A stretch of DNA of 47,916 nucleotides, the filler included, from Streblomastix strix (lineage: Eukaryota), in assembly GCA_008636045.1 (NCBI GenBank). It is 2 parts of 2 records of this genome, joined end to end, with 100 filler letters (N's around TTAATTAATTAA, not from the genome) between each part and the next. Parts side by side here need not be neighbours in the genome. Positions count along the whole stretch, not along the records: positions 24,031 to 47,916 come from SNRW01000254.1; 1 more part is not named here. One strand, given 5' to 3'. A program made the position numbers and the translations under genes. The notes beneath the pieces were generated by a model, which saw only the letters and a program-made list of their open reading frames with translations, ran no database searches and was not told where the DNA came from. Positions within the stretch are counted from its first letter, which is position 1. Each line of letters begins with the position of its first letter. Below are positions 27,001-37,922 of the stretch, piece by piece.

Positions 27001-30000
27001 AATAAGATCACATCCAATTTTTTATTTCAAAATAATTTCTTTCTATTCATTTTCACTTCCAATAAGTGGTTATTAAAGATCTCTTGAAATCTTATCTAAA
27101 TCAACATATTTCATAATTTCTTCTCGATTTTCTATTAAAATAGATTTTTAAAATAATATTAGATAATAATTTAAGGAAATATTTATATGATCTTTTAAAA
27201 TTATATTTAATAATTATAAAACCTTCATTCTAAGCAAGTATTAAGAGAGATACATTAGAATTTTAATATATCATAAAATTTGGATCATAAAGTAGTGAAA
27301 TTAAGTGTTATATTAATTCAATTTTCATTTAATAATCTTAGGTTTCTATATAATTAAATAGAAACCCCAAACAAAAAGCCGAAGTGACTTTGGAAACTTT
27401 TGTTATATCAGTTCTTTTGAAAAATTTATATAATTTATTTATTCCATCATTTTGATACAATTTATCAAAATGATGGCGTAAAGAAGCTGTTGGAAATTCA
27501 TCAAGTTCTTTATAGAGAAAATTGTATATGGATGTGATTGTATATTCTATAATATTTACAACTTTAGATTCAAGAAGACGGAGTAAAGAAGGATATGGAT
27601 TTTTATTGTATAATAATTATCTGATTTCATTTGATGATTCAGTTAATAATGCAAAAAGAAAAATTTATGATTAAGTTATTTAGTCAATATTTCTATTTGA
27701 GAATATATCAAGAAGAGCATCAACAATACCAGCATTAATTATTTATTAACAAAATTCAATATTATAATTGTTGCCTTCCAATCTTTTAGTTAATTTATCA
27801 CATTCTTAATCTTATTATTCTATTATCTGTAATTTTTTCAATAATTATCCTTTAAAAGGTAATTTTAATATTTCTACAATTTTGTATAATTCTTAATTTT
27901 CAAGAATTTTCTATTATTCTACTTTTATTATTTATTCATCAATAATTTATTAAGAAGGAAGGTTTTATTAAAAATGTTATTATAATCTATTCTAATTTTT
28001 TGAAATTTAATTTAAATCATTCGCTTCAGTATTAATTTATTGATTTTTCTCAGGTTTTTTATTTATTATTCCTTCATTCAAAATTTCATTGTGTTCTTAA
28101 TTTTATTCATATGAATATTCATTATTGATATCAAGAGAGTGCTATAATGCAATTTTCAAAATTTCTTTTTCATTTAAATTATCATATTTATTATTTTCTT
28201 TTTCTTATATTAATTTAATATTTGAAATTGTTTAAATTATTTATTTTTAATGAATTATCATATTTTTATTAATCAAATTTAAAAAGAAGGATGCTTATTA
28301 AGAAATGATTTCATCTTCATTTGATTTAAGTTCAATTATTCTATTTATGTTTATTTGCTTCAAAATAATATTTTGTGTTTCATTTGATCCAAATATGAAG
28401 AGATAAATTAGAAGGAGAAGAACAAATTAATATTTTTTTTCTTTCTCGTCATCATTCAAAATATCATCTAACTGATGTATAAATCCATCAGCAATAATAA
28501 TTTAATGATTATCTGTATAATAAGAAAAATTTAAATATAAATTATTTTAAATATTAAACAACAAAATTATTTTAATATACATTTACACTCAGCAAGATTA
28601 AACAAAGTTTAAATTGAAAAAATCAAAGTATATTCATTTCTTTGTGAAATACTTTATTTGAGATGAATTATGATTTCTTATTAAATTTCAATTGGTAATG
28701 AAGTTGCTTTGAATAATATTCCAAGTATAATTGCTGCTTGGGTTTAAATATTTTTATTTTAAAATTTGTTATTATGAAAAATATTAATGAGTTTTGTTAA
28801 TGTTCCATCATTTTCCATCATAATTCTTAGAGGGTTTAAACTTTCTTCTTTTCCTTATCAAAATTCAATTAAAATTATAAATGATAATTAAAATAATTGA
28901 TGAAATAATATAGTTTCATTTCTATTCTCAATTATTCTATTTGTCCATTTTATTATTTCTTATTAATAGTGATTATTTTTACTTAAATCAGGAAAGTATG
29001 CAAAACATTCAACTAATAGACAACTATATAATGGATATATTTATTCAATTGGAATTGTGTTAATTATATTAAATAGAAGATCTATTATTCCAAGTTATAA
29101 TGCTTAAACCCAATTTTCAGAGTTTTTATAAAGAATTTTATATAGATTAACAAATATAATATCTCGTTCAATAAGTGACAAAGAATTGAACCTTTTTAAT
29201 TATTCTTTGATTTCAATAAGATTCATATTCAATTCAACTAATTCTTTTTCAGCTTTTAATTATTCTTCTGTTGCAAAATATGAAATTGATTTATGAATAG
29301 GAAGTTTTACATAGTCTTGATTTGAATGATGACTATAAATAGATTATTAAGAATTAAATAACGGAGATTAAGAAGATTAAGTACTTAGATAGATTTCAGA
29401 TGATGAAGATTAAGCTATATTATTATCTGTTTCTTGAGAACTATTAAAATGTAATGATTAATCATCCTTTTAATTTTATTCAATTTTATTTTAAATCATT
29501 TCTATATCTTCTTTCTATTTTTCAATTAATTTTTATTATTTCTTTTATATAAGTAATTATTATTCAACACAGCAATTCATGAATTTCATAATTTCAGATT
29601 GAGCTACAATGAAAGTTGGATTTTTATCATAAATTTATATTTTTGAATTTCTTTCTAATTCGGTCGCAGATGCTAATGATGCAAGATCTTATTATTCTGA
29701 CGAAAAATTAGCTTTTGCTTCTGGTGATGTGAAAAATGGATGAGTGTTTGCTTCAATAGCAATGATTCTATTATCTGGATCAAACTCCAACATATGTGAA
29801 AGAAGATCCCAAAGATGATTATCTGTGATTTCTGAAGGTCTCTAAATGCCTTTCATTGTTGCTAATTTTCTATATTGAAACAAAAATAATTATTAGTAAA
29901 TTAAAAATATATAAATAATGTTCATACTCTCCTTACTTTATAAATGTTGATTCATTCACAGGATATTTATGTGTAATAAGTCTGTAGAATGTGATACCAA

Positions 30001-31099
30001 GAGCATAAATATCTACTTTCTGAGTTACTATTAATGGCTTCTTGAATATCTCAGGTGCCTGAAGAATTAAATTAATTAATATTAAAATTTATTTAATAAT
30101 TCTTTGATTTATTATAATTCTAAAATACCATGTAAGGGAGAGTTCTAAAAAATTTAAAGAAAATCAATAGTTTTGCATAAAATAATAATTTATTCAAACC
30201 CAGCGGTATATGTTTGTTCATTTATCAAGTCTTCTTGTTTAGCAAATCCAAAATCTGAAATCTTTGCATAGACATATCCAGTTCCAGGTGGATTATGTAA
30301 GAGAATGTTATCGCATTTGATATCTCTAAATTATAATTTCAAAATAAAAATTAAAATTAAATAAAATTAATTAAATACCGATGAATGAGACCAGCATCTT
30401 GAAAATAAGATAACCCTAAAACTATTAAAAAATTATATAAATATAAAAAGAAATAAAAAATGTATGTAATAGATTTTTTAAACGAATTTATCTCATCAGT
30501 GCTCGAAGTACATATGAAGGAAGAGGAATTTGCGGTTATTTTGTTATGATATTCAACGTCTAAAATTAAAATAAATTCAAATATAATAAAATAAATAAAT
30601 ACATGCAAACTCCCATATTAGCGTATTCCATTATGATATATGGATATTGACAATCATCATCATATTTATAAAGTCTATTTATATAATTATTAAATTTGTG
30701 TTTTCAAAAGATTTCAAAATAAGCATCAAATTCTTTATAATTGAATTCATTTTTTTGAAAAATCTTCACAGCAGCCATTTAATACTAAAGAGAATAGGCC
30801 TAATAAACACTACAATGAAATAATAATAAAAAAATAAATTAATAAAAAGAAAAGAAAAAACAATTTAACAAACCAGCCGAAAGATCCTTGGCCTATAATT
30901 AGTAATATTAAAATTAAAATTAAAATAATTATTTCAAATAAATAAATGTAAAAATACCAAGAGGGCGAATAGGCTGTAGAGTAAATAGCAATTATTTTTT
31001 AAAAAGAAACAAATATGATAATTATTTCTAATAAATAAAGAAAAAATAATAATATCGTACTATAAGCATATTTGACCGAAGAAAATGTTCATAGTCCAT
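24031..31099 (-). CDS. Kinase C: Ser/Thr kinase + ARM/HEAT-like repeats + four UIM-like motifs + coiled coil; two in-frame TGA (readthrough or young pseudogene); 3' end lost at the gap
   Basis: MDYEHFLRSNMLI|PIRPLG|QGSFGC|VYQA..AAVKIF..IHR|DIKCDNILL..SDFGFAK..G|TLPYM|APEI..DIYALG. Repeated helical units (NPLR..ENDGTLTKLINIF, PYPSLLRLL, HPYYEELKKAGGIEKL, LAQN|NR.EI). TGA at 30704-30706 and 28858-28860. Confidence 0.82.
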
Positions 31100-31919
31100 T
31101 GTATCTGGAAGAAAAGTTAAAACAAAAATTATTCAGGAAATATTGAAAGTTAAATTGTTTAATTTGGCTTTTATTTTATGAAAAAATAATCCATGATAAT
31201 AATTATCACAAAATTTTTATTTATATATTATAAAACTTTGTTGTTACGAAGAAAAAACTAATTTTATTAAATAACTTGATTTTTACAATAATTAGTAATA
31301 ATTAATAAAATAATATAATTTAATATTACATAAAATATTATTTTATAATGTATATGAAAAATTTGGTTCCAAATTTATTATTAAACATTTGCTGCTAAAT
31401 CTAATTGAATAACAAATTTTATATCACATTATTAATGAAAACGTGTATAATTTATGATTTAGAATATATTTTTTAAAATGCTAAATCAATGCAATTTCAA
31501 CTTCAAAAAAATTCATTATAAATATTTAACTTTAAAATTTATATAAATAACAAAGTTTAATTTTTATATTTAATATAATATTTTAATTAAAATAATTAGC
31601 ACAATTTTTATTTTACTATAATTTTAACTTAATACTTCGCTTATAACTGGAAAATCATAAATTTTATTTTTTATTAACTAAATAATGTTTATCTATTTAT
31701 AATTTTGTTTTAATTCTGCTTTAGTTTTTATATATTAATAAATCAATTCAATTATCACAAATTTTCATAATTTGATAATCAAAATTATTGCTTGTTTAAG
31801 AAATTCTGAGAATAAAAATTGAAAAACACTTTAAATATCTGTTGATTGTAATTTTTTTTGCTAAATTCTGAAATTTTTGACAATCTCTTTATTTCTTTCT
31901 TTCTTTAGATATAACATCA

Positions 31920-32311
31920 ATGAGTGGAGAGTTCCTAACAAACCATCTTGACATTGCAGTTGAATTTCATCCTACACCTTTACGAATCGGTATGAATTCA
32001 TTGTTATTTATTACAGATTTAATTTATCACTATTTCAGATTTCATTTGCTCGTTTGATGGGTGGCAGAAACATCCTCTATTCTACGACCTGGAACGAAGA
32101 CGCTGGGTGATTTGCTTTGATAATTTCCCAACAGGAACATACCAATGCAAGTTCTGCATAGACGATTAATTTGTATATTACTTATTTATTAAAAATTCTA
32201 ATTAAATAAAATATTATATTATATAATTAATTAATGTAGTGGGTTTGCCTTGACAACCTAAAGAAAACAACAGATAAGGATGGAAATGTGAACAATGTGA
32301 TAACTGTTTGA
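31920..32311 (+). CDS. Stand-alone CBM48 / AMPK-beta-type glycogen-binding domain protein (91 aa, 3 exons)
   Basis: Exons 31920-31989, 32039-32172, 32240-32311 give ..ICSFDGWQKHPL..WVICFDNFPTGTYQCKFCIDDQFWVCLDNLKKTTDKDGNVNNVITV*, matching the GSF.NW / G.Y.YKF.VDG.W / D..GN.NN pattern. Confidence 0.88.
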
Positions 32312-32535
32312 AAGATTAAATTATTTGATCCTTTGCGAATGCATACAAGGATTATATCTGCGAGTGTTTATATTTAATTCAGTGGCGTTATACAATATAT
32401 ATTATTCAATCTTTATTTAAGTCTTATTTGTTAGTTTTTCATTTCACTAAACAATAAAACAAACTATGAGCTTTAAAATAATGTAATATTTTTATTTTAT
32501 GAAGTGATATAGAATTTAAAATAATAATTGAAAAC

Positions 32536-35503
32536 TCATTGACTTGCTTATTCAACAACTTCCCAGATATGAATAAGCATATCGTCACTGCATGTTGCTA
32601 AATATTGAGTCTAAAATTATCAAATAAAATTTGAATATATATAAAAATACATAAACATTCTATAATTCCAAAAATATAGATAATATTAATATAAAACAAT
32701 AACCATAAAATAATCTATCTATTTATATATATAATCAAATAAATAATACCTCAACAGGGTTGAATCTAACGCAGTTTATGTCAGAGTTATGCGCATCAGG
32801 AACAGATGCTTCAAGGAAGAACTGATGATTAATTGGATCTTCAGTAAATATGCGAAGTGTGTTATCATTCCCACCTGCAGCAAATTAAGCGACTGATGCT
32901 TCTATTGAAATTGAATTGGATTGTTTTTGTGATTGAGATTGAGATGATGAAGAAGATTATTATTATTTAGATGATGATGATGAAGAAGAAGATGTAGATA
33001 TTGGTGTTTGTTAAGTAGATAAGGATTACTATTACTATTATAACTATTACTATTACACTTCATCCAACTACTATATATTCCCTTATATAAATTATCTCTT
33101 AATCTTTCCCTTCCTCCAATTAACACTGAAAATGACTGATCCTTCTTCAAATGGATCTTTGATTATCTGACTGGGTCGGTATGGATGGTTGTTGATGGCT
33201 GTGAGTGGTAATGGAATATAAATATAAATGTTAATATTTATATAATATAAGATAATATAAGATAATATAATAAAATGTAGTAAATAGTTAGATATATAAG
33301 CGGTTAGATCATTTAATAATGAATTAAATATTTAATTAGTTATTAATCAGTTATTAATTATCAAATATAAATTTCATACGTCTGACCCACACAATTACAG
33401 AAGAATCAGCACTGCAGGATACTAATTTATATAAATAAAATAAATGATTATAAAAAAGAATAATAAAATTTTTGAAGAATATAAATAGATAAACAATATA
33501 TGAAATGAATACTAAAATAAATAAATAATATATGAAATGAATACTAAAACATTCATAAACGACTTACTATCAATATATAGTAACAATAATAATAATATAA
33601 ATACAATTGTTTCATACACATTCTCGGCTGAAATGAATTTCCATATGGGAGAATTGCATTATCATCAACAACACTACAAGAATCTTTGTCAGTTTACTCG
33701 TCATCTTTTTGCTGATCATGTTTTATATCTTTTCGAGATTCAATATTTATTTACTATTCTTTTTCTTTTTATTCGTCTTTTTCAGATAATTTTTCTCTTT
33801 CAGATAATTTTTCTTTTTCAGATAATTTTTTCCTCTTCTTATTTTCAGATTCAAATGCTATATCCCAAACAGTGGATTTGTGATCTTCATGGAGCTCAAC
33901 TTGAAGCCAAGAATCACTGACTGGTTGTTTTTGATATAAATAGAAATAAATAATTGGAAAAAATAATATAAAATAAACAAATTAATTGACATAAGTAAAT
34001 TAATAGATATTAATAATAAATATAATAAACAGTTTCTTTATTATATTCAAAATAAATAGTTTCTTAATTACATATAAATATAAATATAAACATTATCTCA
34101 ATTATATTCCAAATATCATCTTACCCTAATTCATACATAAACATTAATAAACCTTCTTCCCCCAAATCTTTGTTAAATGCACCACTTCTGTCAACAGCTG
34201 GATCCAACCAGAATCTGATACTGTTGTCATATGACCCAGATACTAGAAGATGCTGAAATGAATTGGATAGTAATAATAATATTATAATAGTAAGAGTTAT
34301 ATATATTTGTAAGATTTAATGTATAATATAATATATAATTAAATATTAATAATAAATAAAAATTTATAGATAATAAAATATATTAAATAAACTGTATATG
34401 TCGGATGCCACGCAAGACATTTAATATCCTATGTATGTCCTGTCATTTGAGCAATGCATTCAATTGGATCAGTTACTTTTACATATAGTAATATATATTT
34501 ATAAGAAATAATTATTAAAATGCAATAAATAATATAAACACAAAATTAATAATCAATCTAAATAATAAACATCGACAATAATATTTCTATATACCACCCT
34601 ATATATATACATAATATAATATAATATAATATATAATATATATATAATATATTACAATCACACCCGCCCACACAATGACTTATCTATCCCTTCCGCAAGT
34701 TCCAAGCATGTCACTATTCCCATATGAGAAACATGCATCTTTAACTTCAGATTCATGCCCATCTAAAACACTGATGGCTACTGCTTCCATCTCAGTGGGA
34801 CTTGGTTGTGCTTATTAATGTGGATGTAGATTATGATGTTAATGTGGATGTTGATGTTAATGAATTTGAATATTGAATTTGAATATAGGATTTGATTATT
34901 GAATTTGAATGCGGATGTTATATAATTGATAAATTGTTAGAAGTGAATTAATGAGTAATAATAATAACATAAATAAATATTGATATTAATACAATATACA
35001 TATTCATTTATTTATATATAAAACAATACAAAGCTTATATTCACACACATATTTTATATATAATAGTCTTCTTATCAAACGAGCACGACACTAATTGTTT
35101 CCCATCAGAAGACCAGTTGATTTTTCTCACTGTTCCAGAGTGCCCAGTAAACTTCAGCTTCATGACCCATTGATTATGGTCACCTTTCCCCCATATTCTG
35201 GATATTGGAAATAATATTGAGTAATATGTGAAGGAAAAATAGTTGGGATTATGCAAATTGGAAATAAGTAGAATTATATGAATAAGAGAAAATATTTAAA
35301 ATAATAAGAAATATTAGTCAAACATTATGCTCTGGTCTTGACTACAGCTCGCAAGTAGTTTGCCATCTGGAGACCATGATATATACCAGACACGAGCTAT
35401 ATGACCTGAAGACAAGTAATATTTGTTAAGAAAAAATTAAATAAATGGTATAAATACCATCTAGAGTTGTAACTTTTCTTAGTATGCTTGTGTTAACTGA
35501 CAT
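32536..35503 (-). CDS. CIA1: Cytosolic iron-sulfur assembly WD40 protein Cia1/CIAO1
   Basis: LDG|HIARVWYISWSPDGKLLASCSQD; GHSGTVRKINWS..SCSFD; LDGHESEVKD..GTCGRD; ECIAQMTGHTQDIKCLAWHP; LVSGSYDNSIRFW; HKSTVWDIAF; AHNSDINCVRFNP; ATCSDD..IW. Some internal splice sites are uncertain. Confidence 0.88.
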
Positions 35504-36620
35504 CTAAGTTTAGAATTAATGTTAAAAATCTAATCATGAAAGATAAAATAAATAAATATAAATATAAATAAAATAAATTTAATTTCAAATGTAAGTTGAA
35601 TATTAAAATAAGTAATAAGTTTCATAAATTCTTAATCTAGATATAATCTTGTTTAAAAGGTCAAAATAATAGAAATTATATAATCAAAATATTAAATGAC
35701 TAAATGTAAACTAAATTATTAACTAGAATTAATGAAATTTAAGCATATTGACAAGTTAAATGTGATATTTAATAAATTAAAATTAAAATTGTTTAGCATA
35801 GATTAGGATGAATAATAAAATTATAATAAATAATAATATTGAAAATTTACTATAGTAATATTCACAGTAAAATTATTAAAATCAATTTTTGTACCCAACA
35901 TTAGGCAAGAATTTGTTTGTAAAAAAGATAAGATATCTGCTCTGCTAAAATAAATATCTTTTAACAAAATTTAATTGACGTTATTGATTGTTCAATTTAT
36001 TGACTTTTACGTAATACATAAACGCATCTTGCTTACTCGATTCTTGCAATTTTTTCTTGTTCCAAATTTTTACTTATATGCACATTTTAATTCAAAATAT
36101 TGTATTTAATTCTTTTAGTAATATAATTATCTCGTATTAAAAGCACTTATTTTCTTATTTAAGCTACATTTATTGACTAAAAAAATAATTGCACTTTTTT
36201 TCGTTTAACTCTGAAATATAGAGTAGATAACTTATATATCACCAAACAGAAATGTTTTATTGTAGCTACATATATTGATTTTTTAATGTTTTAAAAATTC
36301 ATTATGATTAATATAAAGGTTATGAGAAAATAAAGAACAACTAAAACCAATTTTCCTTTTATCATATCTCTTTCTATTATTTAATAATCAGAATATTTCA
36401 TTATTACTTTCTCACAATTTTATTTTTACTGCTTATTAATATTCAAAGTATATGTATTATTTTTGAGTACCGTTCAAAAAATACCATCAAATTTTTTAAA
36501 ATAAAATTTTACATTCACACGAAAAATAGTAGATAATTTTTCATTATTTTTATTTTTTTATATTCATACATTTGTAGATTATTTTTAAAATCCTTGATTT
36601 AACTTTGTAACTGCAAATTC

Positions 36621-37679
36621 ATGAGAGCTCCACTTAAAGTTGGATGTATGCATTTTTTATTTTTCGATTTAAGCAGTTTATTTTTACTTATTTATACAAT
36701 TACAACAACTTTTGCTAATAGAAAAGGTAAAGAAACCTATTTTATTTTAATTGTTGACAGCTGGGTTTATAATCATGTTTGTAAGCGCTATTCTAGTTAT
36801 TTTTAATCTCATTGCATCAATTGTTGTTTGCTCAATTTTTTTATTTCATTTTTTATTCAATTTTTTAATAAAATATTTTCTATCAATTTTCAGGGGGGAG
36901 TTGTTGGATTAATTGTTATCATTATTGGTTTATCAGTTTGAAAAACATAATTAATATTTAAATATTTACAATATAAATATATCATTTTTTAAATTAATTT
37001 CTTATTTTAGATAATGCAATGCAGCAAATAGAAAATATCATTAGAGCTTTATTGGGAAGAAGGAACATGCATCATTTCAGGGGTTAAAAAGCCTTCAAAT
37101 CCTAATAGTAATGCTAATGAGCCATTCTTCATCAAAATATCAGATATAATTCTGGTTGAAGGTGTCCTAAGCAACTGTTAATCCCCATTTGGTAGGTCGA
37201 ATAAAGCTGAATATGATATTATTCTTCTACTTTAAAATGGACAGTAGATCAAATTAAAGTTATCAGTGAGCCAATAAAAAACAAAAGAGATCGCCAATTA
37301 TGTTGCAGAATATAATGAATCACATTAACAGACATAAATAATTAATCAGCAACGTTAAATTGCTCCATCATTGCAACGCCCACAAATACAACAATAACAG
37401 CAATAATACTACCAATATACTCCATTTATAGACCAATATGCTCCAATATCCAACTCAGGATAAAATCCCAGTTCATATAACAATCCACAAAACAGTATCC
37501 AAGTTGGGTATCAATCACAGCAACCAATTCCTCTTTCTTATTTGCCAAAATAACCATCTCAACCATTGCAAATCACCAAAGATGAAAAAGATCCGAATTT
37601 CCAGACTTCTGAACAAATAATTAATTAGATTCAGATTATTCAACCGTCGGCTCCACCTTTATAGGACTAGCGAGAGTGA
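36621..37679 (+). CDS. Hypothetical membrane protein: two N-terminal hydrophobic helices, small globular domain, Q/P-rich tail ending PSAPP
   Basis: MRAPLKVG|SGFIIMFVSAILVIFNLIASIV|GGVVGLIVIIIGLS|IMQCSKQKISLELYW...IIQPSAPPLQDQRE-TGA (37677-37679); three GT-AG introns; the true start could lie upstream. Confidence 0.78.
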
Positions 37680-37922
37680 GTTATATTCATTGCATATCAT
37701 GCTATAGTTCATGTATTAATGATTCTATGAAATACATATTAAATAAAAATAATATTCTGTATTTTTAAATGTAAAAAAAAATCTTTATTTTATTTTATTA
37801 GAGTTCATGACAAATTAACAAAGGATCTAAATGAATGAATTTGATAATAAAAAGCAACTCGAGTGTAGTGAAGATTAAATAATACAATGGTTCTAATATG
37901 AACCCTTTTCAAATTCGCTTCT

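Noticed and set aside
30676..30712. Cryptic intron removing the first in-frame TGA of kinase C
   Set aside because: No GT or GC donor, and removing the segment would delete residues needed to match paralog spacing.
34915..35052. Possible U12/AT-AC intron in CIA1 (ttctaac branch-like motif)
   Set aside because: No ATATCCT/GTATCCT donor; an ordinary longer GT-AG intron restores the frame.
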